Positions 9,883 to 20,266 of a stretch of DNA of 64,000 nt are shown here, one piece after another. Within the stretch, counting starts at the first letter, position 1, and each line of letters starts with the position of its first letter. The notes under the pieces are model-generated. The model was not told where the DNA came from and did no database searches. It was given only the letters and a program-made list of their open reading frames with translations. A program made the position numbers and the translations under genes. This DNA is from an uncultured Rhodospirillaceae bacterium (GTDB lineage Bacteria > Pseudomonadota > Alphaproteobacteria > UBA11136), in the NCBI GenBank assembly GCA_964482135.1, contig CAYZWF010000002.1, positions 6,639-70,638 on the forward strand, in the 5' to 3' direction.

Positions 9883-9896
9883 TGTCACGGATGACA
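9883..9896. promoter_or_regulatory. Perfect 5-4-5 palindrome TGTCAcggaTGACA in the nirC/nirS divergent promoter region
   Basis: Read directly from the sequence. Located 74 nt upstream of the longest nirC start and about 250 nt upstream of nirS. It is not a canonical FNR (TTGAT-N4-ATCAA) or NnrR (TTGCG-N4-CGCAA) box. Confidence 0.3.
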
Positions 9897-10146
9897 AGGT
9901 AAGGGCGCACTATTCATAAAGGCAGCTAAGGTTAATCTACTTGGGGATCAAAAGCCTCTGTTTCTTCTGTGTTTTAATGCGGCATTTTGTCTCCGTTACC
10001 AATATGGATTTTATAGTAAAGTCCACGAATTGCCATACGCCCTTGATCTGTTTTGTTGTTGGATTTTGGTGTAGAGAGAACGATTCTGAGGTAGTCTAAG
10101 GACGGCCTTTTCCTCGAAGATTCCTATCAGTTAGGGAGATAACGTA

Positions 10147-11784
10147 ATGAGAAAATATATCTTAGCTGTGTCGGCGGTTGCCATGGCGGCGGGTCTTGCC
10201 ATGGGATCCTCGGCCCCGGCGATAGCTGCCGACAAGGCCGCTCCGACAATGTCGAAGGAAGACTTTGATGAGGCCAAGACCTTGTATTTCCAGAGATGCG
10301 CCGGTTGTCACGGAGTATTGCGCAAGGGAGCGACGGGAAAAAACCTGGAACCCGGTCCCTCGAAAAACAGTAAGGGCACTCTCGAACTCGGCCAGAAGCG
10401 TCTCGTAAAAATTATCACCCTCGGTACCGAGGGCGGCATGAACAACTTCGATGATATCTTCACCAAGGACCAGATCGCCAAGCTGGCGACCTATATCCAG
10501 CTGCCTCCTCCCGAGCCGCCGGAGATGTCCCTGGCGCAGATGAAGGAAAGCTGGAAGGTACACGTTAAGCCCGAAGACCTTCCCAAGAAGCCCCAACATA
10601 CCGGTAACTGGGAGAACTACTTCCTGGTCATCCTTCGTGACGCCGGCAAGATAGGGGTCATCGACGGCGACACCAAGGAAGTGGTGGCCAAGATCGACAC
10701 CGGCTACGCCATCCATGTGATTAAGGAATCCTCCGACGGCCGCTTCTGGTACACCCAGGGCCGTGACGGCAAGATGACGAAAATCGATCTGTGGATGGAC
10801 CCGCCGCAGGTGGTCGCCGAGGCCCGAGTCGCCTATGACGCCCGCGACGTGGCCGTTTCTCACTTCGGAGAATGGAAGGACAAATACGTGATCGGCGGTG
10901 GCTACTGGCCGCCTCACTTTGTCATTCTCGACGCCGAGACCATGGAGCCTCTTAAGGTAATCTCCACCCGTGGCGTCAACGTGGACGGTGAATATGTGGA
11001 GGAGGCGCGTGTGGCGGCTATTTACAACACGCCAGAGGCCCCGACCTGGATCGTCGCCGTCAAGGAGCTGGGTCAGCTGTGGCAGGTGGATTACAGCGAC
11101 ATCGACAATCTCCAGATTAACCAGATCGACAGCCACAAATTCCTCCATGACGGCTTCTTCGATCCTACCTTGCGTTATTTCCAGATCGCCGCCAACGCCT
11201 CCAACCGGATGGAGATCATGGATTCCATTGACCGTAAGTTCGTGGCCTCGATCGAAACCGGCAAGAAGCCTCATCCCGGCCCCGGCGCCAACTGGGTGGA
11301 TCCTAAATGTGGTCCGGTGGGCGGCACCGTACATCTGGGTGAGGGCAAGATGACCGCCTGGGGCAACGATCCCAAGGGCCATCCTGATCAGGCCTGGAAG
11401 GTTTGTTACAAGGCCGCCACCGACGGTCCGGGTCTGTTTATCCGCACCCATCCCAACGTGTCTTTCGTGGCCATGGATCAGACCAAGCATCCCGAACCGG
11501 AAGTTCAGCAGTCGATCAAGATTCTCGACAAGGAGACCCGGAAGATGATCAAGACCATCCGGGTTACCGAGCTGGAGAAAGCCGTCGCCGTCCATATCGA
11601 ATTCAACAAGGGCGGCAGCGAGATGTGGGTATCGGTCTGGGCCCGTGGCGGCAAAAAGGACTGGCTCAAGGGTGAAATCGTCGTTTACGACACCAAGACC
11701 CTTGAGGAAAAAACCCGGATTAAGAATCTTGAAACACCGACCGGCAAATTCAACGTCTATAACAGGATGCACCACAAGACGTGA
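10147..11784 (+). CDS. nirS: Cytochrome cd1 nitrite reductase NirS (copy 1)
   Basis: Signal peptide, heme c CAGCHG, then d1 propeller with conserved cd1 segments. 545 aa. Confidence 0.9.
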   Translation: MRKYILAVSAVAMAAGLAMGSSAPAIAADKAAPTMSKEDFDEAKTLYFQRCAGCHGVLRKGATGKNLEPGPSKNSKGTLELGQKRLVKIITLGTEGGMNNFDDIFTKDQIAKLATYIQLPPPEPPEMSLAQMKESWKVHVKPEDLPKKPQHTGNWENYFLVILRDAGKIGVIDGDTKEVVAKIDTGYAIHVIKESSDGRFWYTQGRDGKMTKIDLWMDPPQVVAEARVAYDARDVAVSHFGEWKDKYVIGGGYWPPHFVILDAETMEPLKVISTRGVNVDGEYVEEARVAAIYNTPEAPTWIVAVKELGQLWQVDYSDIDNLQINQIDSHKFLHDGFFDPTLRYFQIAANASNRMEIMDSIDRKFVASIETGKKPHPGPGANWVDPKCGPVGGTVHLGEGKMTAWGNDPKGHPDQAWKVCYKAATDGPGLFIRTHPNVSFVAMDQTKHPEPEVQQSIKILDKETRKMIKTIRVTELEKAVAVHIEFNKGGSEMWVSVWARGGKKDWLKGEIVVYDTKTLEEKTRIKNLETPTGKFNVYNRMHHKT

Positions 11785-11817
11785 TCCTTACACAGCGTTG
11801 ATTATGTCGACCGGAAG

Positions 11818-11866
11818 CAAAAAAGAAGAGGATGGGTGCCTGTTGGCATCTGTCCTCTTCTTTTCC
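11818..11866 (+). terminator. Rho-independent terminator after nirS
   Basis: AAGAAGAGGA ... TCCTCTTCTT 10-bp stem (11823-11832 and 11853-11862) followed by TTTT. Confidence 0.5.
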
Positions 11867-11967
11867 GTTCTACTGAGAGAAGACTGTGGCTTGCAATAGG
11901 CAACAGGCGCACCTTAAAACAGAATAGGTGCACCTTAAACTGGGCTCACGGGGAGAGATGACGGAGC

Positions 11968-13734
11968 ATGATTTCAGATAAATTTCGCTATTTTCTGACA
12001 AACCGGCTCGTCAAGTCGATCATCATGACGCCGGTTCGTTCCACGATTATCGGCGCGGCGGCCTTTTTCGCGATCGGAATCGTTTTCTGGGCCGGTCTGA
12101 ATGTGGCTATAGAATCCACCGATAATATGGAGTTCTGCATCGGCTGCCATGTGATGGAGAGCACCGTTTATCAGGAATATAAAAAGACTCCCCACTATCA
12201 GAATCGCACCGGAGTGCAGGCCACCTGTCCCGACTGTCACGTTCCCCGGCCCTGGCTCGACAGAGCCCTGCGCAAGCTGCGGGCCAGCAACGAGATATTG
12301 CACTGGATGTTGGGCAGCATAGACACGCCCGAAAAATTCGAGGCCAAACGCCTCACCCTGGCCAAGCATGTGTGGAAATCCATGAAGGAAACGGATTCCC
12401 GCGAGTGCCGCAACTGCCATTCCTGGGAAGCCATGAAGGGTGCAAAGCAGCAGCGCCGGGCGAGAAAACAGCATGAACTGGCGCTTATAGACAACCTGAC
12501 CTGTATTGATTGCCATAAGGGCATTGCTCACAGAGCCGTGCATAAGCTTCTCGATGATGACGAGGATTTCTACGACGGCAAGTCCGATCCACGTAAGCTC
12601 GATGTTCTTACCGCCGCCGAGGCCGCGGTCGCGGAGAAAGAAGAAGCTGCCGCTGCCGCGGCATCGGCGGAGGAAGCGCCCGTAGCCGAGGCGCCCGGCA
12701 AGGCGGAAGCCGCGGAAAGCACGCCCGCATCCGCACCCTCACCCACACCATCAGCAGGCGGCGAAGCAGCGGGCGGCGGACCTGCCTGGGGCAATATTCC
12801 GGGCCGCGATATCGTTGTCTTCTATCCGGGGCAGACCTCCATGGAGTGGATCCTCAAGGGGAGCGACCATGGCGGCGCGCGCGCCATCAAGAAACTGGGC
12901 GATCCCTGCGCCGAGTGCCATGAGGGTGAGCAGGATAAAATGGGCAGGATTCTGGCCAGCGGTGAGAAAGCCGAGGCTACGCCCATTCCCGGCAAACGCG
13001 GCCATATCAAGGTCAACGTCAAGGCCGCCCATGACGGCGAAAATCTCTACATGCATTTCCAATGGCCGGGAACCGAGCATACGCCGGCGCCCTTCGTGGA
13101 CGGCGGCAAGATGGACCCCGATAATCAGGTTAAGCTTGCCGTTATGTTCGATGACGGAAAGGTGGACGCTGCCGACAGCGCGGGCTGTTGGGTCACCTGT
13201 CATCACGATTCCCGCTATATGCCCGATCATCCTGACGCCGCCGCCGTCACCGCCGCGGGCGATCTCGCCAAACGGCTCGGTGCGGCCGACGGGATCACCA
13301 AGTATCTGAAGGAAACGCGCAGCGAAATCGAGATCAAGGGCAACGACGACAAGCCCCGTGGCGGTTGGGACAAGCTCAAGCCGGCATCCGAGATCGAGGA
13401 GCTGAAAGGTGCCGGGGCTTTCATGGACCTGATGCGCGTTAAGATCGGCGAGGGTAAATCGGAAAGCGGTTCCGTGCTGGAACATCGGGCCATGAGCGGG
13501 GAGTCGGGCATCACCTTCAGCGGAGGCCTTGCCGACGGCGTCTGGTCCGTGACCGTGACCCGCCCCCTCAAGGCGGACAAGCCCGGCGGCGTCACCATCG
13601 AGCCGGGCAAGCTCTATACGGTGGGGATCGCCATTCACGACGATTACACCCTGGCCCGGTTCCACCATGTTTCACTGGAATACTCGCTGGGACTCGACAA
13701 CGAAGAGGCTGGCATTAATGCCATCAAGATGTAA
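11968..13734 (+). CDS. nirT: NapC/NirT-family membrane tetraheme cytochrome c fused to a C-terminal extra heme-binding domain (EB_dh/DOMON-like)
   Basis: N-terminal TM helix then four CxxCH motifs (CIGCH, CPDCH, CRNCH, CIDCH). An Ala/Pro-rich linker follows. The about 330-aa C-terminal domain carries CAECH and a CWVTCH motif. Confidence 0.75.
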   Translation: MISDKFRYFLTNRLVKSIIMTPVRSTIIGAAAFFAIGIVFWAGLNVAIESTDNMEFCIGCHVMESTVYQEYKKTPHYQNRTGVQATCPDCHVPRPWLDRALRKLRASNEILHWMLGSIDTPEKFEAKRLTLAKHVWKSMKETDSRECRNCHSWEAMKGAKQQRRARKQHELALIDNLTCIDCHKGIAHRAVHKLLDDDEDFYDGKSDPRKLDVLTAAEAAVAEKEEAAAAAASAEEAPVAEAPGKAEAAESTPASAPSPTPSAGGEAAGGGPAWGNIPGRDIVVFYPGQTSMEWILKGSDHGGARAIKKLGDPCAECHEGEQDKMGRILASGEKAEATPIPGKRGHIKVNVKAAHDGENLYMHFQWPGTEHTPAPFVDGGKMDPDNQVKLAVMFDDGKVDAADSAGCWVTCHHDSRYMPDHPDAAAVTAAGDLAKRLGAADGITKYLKETRSEIEIKGNDDKPRGGWDKLKPASEIEELKGAGAFMDLMRVKIGEGKSESGSVLEHRAMSGESGITFSGGLADGVWSVTVTRPLKADKPGGVTIEPGKLYTVGIAIHDDYTLARFHHVSLEYSLGLDNEEAGINAIKM

Positions 13735-14176
13735 GCAGCCACGCCGCAGGAGTTTCCGCTTCTTGTATATGGCGGCTATGGCAAGCGCGGGACTGGCCTT
13801 TGCGGCGATACTGATCACGCCGCCGGTTGCACTGGCGGACGAGGAAAGAGAGAGAATCTGCGCCGAGGCTGAGAAACGCTATCAGGAACTATTCGATGGG
13901 GCGGGTGGCGATGTGTCCGTCGTGAAAATGTACAAATACAACTTTTGCCCCATGGACCTGACCGTGACGGCCGGGACCACGGTGCGTTGGATCAATGTGG
14001 ACAAGCGCACCAGCCACAGTGTCTGGCTTAAGGTGGCGGGGATTGAGGAAACGGATCGTCTATTTCCCGAAGAAAGCTGGGAGCACCAGTTTACGGATAG
14101 CGGAGAATACCCCTATCTGTGCGGACCCCATGGGGAACAGGAGAGCATGACCGGTAAAGTTACGGTTGTTCCCTGA
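13718..14176 (+). CDS. Type-1 copper cupredoxin (pseudoazurin/plastocyanin-like electron carrier)
   Basis: Ligand pattern H...C-G-P-H...M (TSHSVW ... YLCGPHGEQESMTG). N-terminal hydrophobic signal. Start is ambiguous (13718 or 13769); the 13667 start in the track overlaps nirT. Confidence 0.65.
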   Translation: MPSRCKQPRRRSFRFLYMAAMASAGLAFAAILITPPVALADEERERICAEAEKRYQELFDGAGGDVSVVKMYKYNFCPMDLTVTAGTTVRWINVDKRTSHSVWLKVAGIEETDRLFPEESWEHQFTDSGEYPYLCGPHGEQESMTGKVTVVP

Positions 14177-14268
14177 ATTGTCTCCTGGCCCGAGGGCTGA
14201 CCCCGCTGTGATGGAGTCTTTCTCGTGAGTGTGGACAAAAAACAAACCCGGATAACGGAGGTAGTGAA

Positions 14269-14724
14269 GTGAAAAAAGTTCCCGTCCAATGGACCGACGA
14301 GTTAAGCGTCGGTGTCGATATTATCGACAAGGACCATCAGAAATTATTTTCATTATTCAAACAGCTTCGCTCGCTTAATGAAGAAGGCGATCGGACCGCG
14401 GCTATCGTTGATGTTCTTTCGGAGCTTTATGATTACACGGACTATCACTTCAAGCGGGAAGAGGCGGTGATGGAAGTCTGCAGTTATCCCCATTTAAACA
14501 GACACAGACAGGTCCACACAGCCTTTGCAGCCGGCGTCAAACGCTTCCTCGACGCCGCCGCCGATGGCGCCGATGAATTCATGGTGAACAGCCTGAGCGA
14601 ATTTCTGGAGGATTGGCTCAAGGAGCATATCATGGGGATGGACAAGGATTACGAAACCTGGACAGTGGGCAAGAACAACGAAATCAACGAGGTGAACCTG
14701 GATTTCGAGGCAAGCAGGAAATAA
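14269..14724 (+). CDS. Bacteriohemerythrin (hemerythrin-like metal-binding protein)
   Basis: Hemerythrin motifs W-x-D-x-L-x-V-G-x-x-x-ID-x-x-H...L, HFxxEE, H...H...E. GTG start with GGAGG ribosome-binding site. Confidence 0.8.
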   Translation: MKKVPVQWTDELSVGVDIIDKDHQKLFSLFKQLRSLNEEGDRTAAIVDVLSELYDYTDYHFKREEAVMEVCSYPHLNRHRQVHTAFAAGVKRFLDAAADGADEFMVNSLSEFLEDWLKEHIMGMDKDYETWTVGKNNEINEVNLDFEASRK

Positions 14725-14781
14725 CGGCGCGGGGAGAGGCGTTCCGTAAGGACTCTGTTTCAAGGTTCCGGTTATAAAGTT

Positions 14782-14811
14782 ACGGCCGGGCGGCATATGC
14801 CGCCCGGCCGT
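14782..14811. terminator. Perfect 30-bp palindrome (ACGGCCGGGCGGCATATGCCGCCCGGCCGT); bidirectional terminator between convergent hemerythrin and nirS2
   Basis: Fully self-complementary, read directly from the sequence. Flanked by AT-rich runs on both sides. Confidence 0.55.
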
Positions 14812-14837
14812 TAATACGAGATCACCGAATCAGCAGA

Positions 14838-16616
<1,779 letters not shown>

Positions 16617-16694
16617 TCAATAGTGACATGCTTCAATTACCCTCACGTTGAGATGCCCGATGATAAGCTCGATAAGGAAAAGGGGGAAAGCAGA

Positions 16695-16717
16695 AATATG
16701 TATATAAAATACATGTT
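16695..16717. promoter_or_regulatory. NsrR-like (Rrf2 family) operator AATATGTATATAAAATACATGTT in the nirS2/nirI divergent promoter region
   Basis: 11-1-11 imperfect palindrome. Only one position departs from the gamma/beta-proteobacterial NsrR consensus as recalled (AAnATGnATTTnAAATnCATnTT). Located 112 nt upstream of nirS2 and 206 nt upstream of nirI. Confidence 0.5.
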
Positions 16718-16922
16718 ATATTATAGAAGGAAGTAATATTTCCATTCCAGGCTTACCGCTAGCCTATTAAAAAGAATGGCTCTAAAGAGTTGGAGCTGCG
16801 TCAAATTGTCGCGGAGTGATTTGTCGCAGGAGGAAGTTGTTCTGATCCCCTACACATTAAACAACATATGGTCTAGTTAGCGTTATTTTTATATACTTTT
16901 ATAATAAAGTTTAGGCAATCGT

Positions 16923-19169
16923 ATGTCTTGTGAATACAAAAGGTTTACATGCATAACATTTCTGTTTGTGGCCTGTTTGTTTTGCCGGGCCATCGCAGCC
17001 CCGGCCCACGCCGATGAAGGTGCGGCGGATTTTTTCGAGCCAAGGATTCTTTCGCGCATCTTTCCCGCCGCCGACGGCTTCGGCCCCCTTCAGGGTAATC
17101 CTCCCGCAATTGCCGTCTATCGTGGCGACAAGCAGCTTGGGTATGTCTTTTCCAGCCGCCAGGTGGTGGGGTCCACGGGGTTTTCAGGCAAGCCCCTGGA
17201 TATCGTCATTGGCCTTGACCTCGAAGGAAAGATTGCCGGGCTGGAGTTGCGCGAACATCACGAGCCGATTCTGGTGATCGGCATCAGGGACGCGGACCTG
17301 GAACGTCATATGCAGCAATATGTGGGGTTTCACGTGGCCACCCGGGTAACGCCGGTTGCCGACAAGCGTAAGGAAACGGCACCGGAAACGGCACCGGAAA
17401 CGGTATTGGAAACGGCAACGGAAGAAGCCGCGGTCGATATCCTCAGCGGCGCTTCCATCACCACCGCGGTTGTCAATGATGTGATCATGCGCGCCTCACG
17501 GGCAATGGCGCGTTCGCGGGGAATCCTGCCGCCCCTCGAGGATGATGGACGTGGCGTGGTGGATTATGACCGCTTCGAAAGCAAGGATTGGAGCGCCCTG
17601 CTCAGGGAAGGCGCCATAGCTGTTCTGCGCCTCTATAACAGTGACGTGTCGCAGGCCTTCGCCGCCCAGGGGGTGCCTGCCAAATCAATAAAACGAATGA
17701 AGCAACAGTTGGGAGAACCTAAGGGCCGTTTCATCGATCTTTATGCGGCCCTGGCCACGCCGGCGCTGATTGGCCGCAATCTCTTGGGGGATCATCTCTT
17801 CGGCCGTCTCTCTTCCGATCTGGAGCCGGGAGCGCAGATGATCCTGATCGCCGGTGACGGGCGCTATTCCTTCAAGGGAACGGCCTATGTGAAGAACATC
17901 GTCTTTGACCGTATTCAGATTATTCAAGGAGAGAACACCTTCAAGTTTAATACCGGGGATCATCGGCGCGTAGAGTCTCTGGCCGTGGAGGGGGCTCCCA
18001 TATTGCGGGAACTGGGCCTGTTCACCCTTTCCCCGGGAAGCGGATTCGATCCGGCGCAGCCCTGGCGCCTGGAGATTCTCGTCGTCAGATCCTATACGGA
18101 TGCGAAGGGAAAGGAGATAGAGGATTACGCAGCATTCACCTTGCCCTACCGCTTGCCCGGGGAGCTGATAGAGCGCGCCGCCGGCGTGGAAGACGTAGCG
18201 GCGGAACGGGCATCCTGGCCTCTTTGGCAACATGCCTGGGCCGACAACCAGGGAAAGATCGTCGTCCTTAGCGTGGCTTTGCTGATCCTTCTTAGCGCCC
18301 TGGTTTTCCAGGATTCCATGGAGCGCCGTCCGCGATTCTACCGTTTTTTCCGTCTCGGTTTCCTGGTGTTCACCACAGTATGGATTGGCTGGTATGCCGG
18401 GGCTCAGCTTTCGGTTATTAACGTGATTACCTTCTTGCAGTCTTTGGTCACCGCCTTCAGCTGGGAATTCTATCTGCTCGGCCCCCTGATCTTCATCCTT
18501 TGGTGCTTCGTGGCCGTGGCCCTGTTGTTCTGGGGGCGCGGCGTCTATTGCGGCTGGCTGTGCCCCTTCGGGGCCTTGCAGGAACTTCTCAACGAGGTGG
18601 CCCAGAAGGTCCGGGTGCCGCAGATAAATATCCCTTTCACGGTCCAGGAACGGCTGTGGCCCATCAAATACATGCTGTTTCTTGGCCTTCTCGGGCTGTC
18701 TTTCTATTCTATGCGTGAGTCTGTGGTGCTGAGCGAGGTGGAGCCCTTCAAGACCGTGTTCTCGCTTAACTTCCAGCGTGCTTGGCCTTTCGTGGCGTAC
18801 GCCGTTGGTCTGTTGGTGGCGGGGCTGTTCATCGAGCGTTTCTTCTGCCGCTATCTTTGTCCCCTGGGCGCGGCGCTGGCGGTTCCGGCGCGCGTGCGCA
18901 TGTTCGAATGGCTGAAACGGCGCCCCCAATGCGGCCGGGAATGCCGTATCTGCGCCCAGGAATGTACGGTGGGAGCGATCCACCCCAACGGCCAGATCAA
19001 TCCCAACGAATGCATTTACTGTATGCATTGCCAGGTACTTTATTACGATGATCACCGCTGTCCGCCCATGATCAGCCGCCGCGAACGCAAAGAGACCTAC
19101 CGGGCGGCACGGGAGGGGGAAAACGGGGACGACCCCGCAAGAGAAGGAGGCCATGTGGATGCGGTCTGA
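16923..19169 (+). CDS. nirI: NosR/NirI-family membrane-bound FMN-binding iron-sulfur regulator
   Basis: Periplasmic FMN-binding domain, about 6 TM helices, and C-terminal CX3CP and ferredoxin cysteine clusters (YCGWLCPFG, CRYLCPLG, CGRECRICAQEC). Divergent from nirS and followed by an ApbE gene, as for Paracoccus nirIX. Confidence 0.8.
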   Translation: MSCEYKRFTCITFLFVACLFCRAIAAPAHADEGAADFFEPRILSRIFPAADGFGPLQGNPPAIAVYRGDKQLGYVFSSRQVVGSTGFSGKPLDIVIGLDLEGKIAGLELREHHEPILVIGIRDADLERHMQQYVGFHVATRVTPVADKRKETAPETAPETVLETATEEAAVDILSGASITTAVVNDVIMRASRAMARSRGILPPLEDDGRGVVDYDRFESKDWSALLREGAIAVLRLYNSDVSQAFAAQGVPAKSIKRMKQQLGEPKGRFIDLYAALATPALIGRNLLGDHLFGRLSSDLEPGAQMILIAGDGRYSFKGTAYVKNIVFDRIQIIQGENTFKFNTGDHRRVESLAVEGAPILRELGLFTLSPGSGFDPAQPWRLEILVVRSYTDAKGKEIEDYAAFTLPYRLPGELIERAAGVEDVAAERASWPLWQHAWADNQGKIVVLSVALLILLSALVFQDSMERRPRFYRFFRLGFLVFTTVWIGWYAGAQLSVINVITFLQSLVTAFSWEFYLLGPLIFILWCFVAVALLFWGRGVYCGWLCPFGALQELLNEVAQKVRVPQINIPFTVQERLWPIKYMLFLGLLGLSFYSMRESVVLSEVEPFKTVFSLNFQRAWPFVAYAVGLLVAGLFIERFFCRYLCPLGAALAVPARVRMFEWLKRRPQCGRECRICAQECTVGAIHPNGQINPNECIYCMHCQVLYYDDHRCPPMISRRERKETYRAAREGENGDDPAREGGHVDAV

Positions 19170-20241
19170 CACGAATAATTCTGCCCGGCAGGCAAAGGTT
19201 TCCCGCAGGCGGGCAATCGGGGTTTTCGCCGCCACGGCGGGGCTGCCGCTGATGATGTCGGTTCCCGGCGTGGCGCGGGCCGCCGGACGGAACGGGTCTC
19301 TCTTTGAATGGAACGGCACGGCGCTGGGCGCCAGTTCGCGGATGATCCTCTCGCACCCCGACCGCGAGGCGGCGCGGCGTCTTGTGGTCATGTGCCGGGA
19401 TGAAATCGAGCGGCTGGAACGGATTTTCAGCCTCTACCGTTCTTCTTCCGAACTTTCCCGTCTTAACCGGGGCGGCCGGCTTGATGCGCCTTCCCATGAC
19501 ATGGTGCGTCTGTTGAGCGCCTGCCGCCGTTTCGGTGATCTCAGCGGCGGCGCCTTCGATGTGACCGTGCAACCCTTGTGGCGGCTCTATGCCGATCACT
19601 TCGCCGCCCATCCCGGAGATGAAAACGGCCCTGATGCCAGGGCGCTGGAGCGGGTCCGGGCGCTGGTGGATTATCGCGGCGTGGAGGTGACGGCGCGGCG
19701 CATTTCCTTCGCCCGCAAGGGCATGGCGGTGACCTTGAATGGGATCGCCCAGGGCTATATCACCGACCGCGTGGCCGAATTATTGCGCGCCGAGGGCATG
19801 GACAATGTACTCATCCAGCTTGGCGAGACCCACGCCCTTGGCGGCCATCCCCAAGGCCGGGCCTGGCGCCTGGGCCTGACGGCGGCGGCGGGAACCCATG
19901 GCGAGGGGGCTGGCCATGACGAAGCGACTGGGGAAAATGTGGTGGAACTGCGTAACCGCGCCCTGGCCACCTCCGCGCCCCACGGATTTACCTTCGACCG
20001 CGAGGGACGCTTTCATCATCTGATCGACCCTGATTCCGGGAACAGTCCTCAAGCCGTGGCCGGCGTTTCCGTGACCGCGCCCCGGGCCGCCGATGCCGAT
20101 GCCCTGTCCACGGCGCTCTCGGTTATGGAGGCGCGGCGCGGGGCACAGATGATGGAGAGGGTGGGAGACGCCACGGCATGGGTAGTTCTGGCCGATGGCG
20201 GGGAAATAACCCTGGGCCGGGCACGAGGATCGAAAGCGTAG
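19153..20241 (+). CDS. nirX: ApbE-family FAD:protein FMN transferase (NirX-like)
   Basis: Tat signal SRRRAIGVFAATAG. ApbE motifs (VTLNGIAQGYITD). Overlaps the nirI 3' end by 17 nt. Confidence 0.8.
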   Translation: MWMRSDTNNSARQAKVSRRRAIGVFAATAGLPLMMSVPGVARAAGRNGSLFEWNGTALGASSRMILSHPDREAARRLVVMCRDEIERLERIFSLYRSSSELSRLNRGGRLDAPSHDMVRLLSACRRFGDLSGGAFDVTVQPLWRLYADHFAAHPGDENGPDARALERVRALVDYRGVEVTARRISFARKGMAVTLNGIAQGYITDRVAELLRAEGMDNVLIQLGETHALGGHPQGRAWRLGLTAAAGTHGEGAGHDEATGENVVELRNRALATSAPHGFTFDREGRFHHLIDPDSGNSPQAVAGVSVTAPRAADADALSTALSVMEARRGAQMMERVGDATAWVVLADGGEITLGRARGSKA

Positions 20242-20266
20242 CCGGGCCAACAAGTGTGACGGGCCG

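Noticed and set aside
9940-9954. Possible FNR/NNR box CTTGGGGATCAAAAG in the nirS1 promoter
   Set aside because: Half-sites TTGG and TCAA are separated by only 3 nt, not the 4-nt spacer of TTGAT-N4-ATCAA. It does not fit the 14-bp FNR architecture.
10162-11775. 537-aa minus-strand ORF antisense to nirS copy 1
   Set aside because: No motifs, Gly/Val/Leu-rich shadow ORF. The plus strand encodes a complete cd1 nitrite reductase.
12751-13668. 305-aa minus-strand ORF inside the nirT-fusion gene
   Set aside because: Shadow ORF. The plus strand has six heme-binding motifs and coherent domain structure.
17685-19391. 568-aa minus-strand ORF antisense to nirI/nosR-like gene
   Set aside because: Arg/Pro/Gly-rich nonsense. 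The plus strand carries FMN-binding and ferredoxin motifs of NosR.
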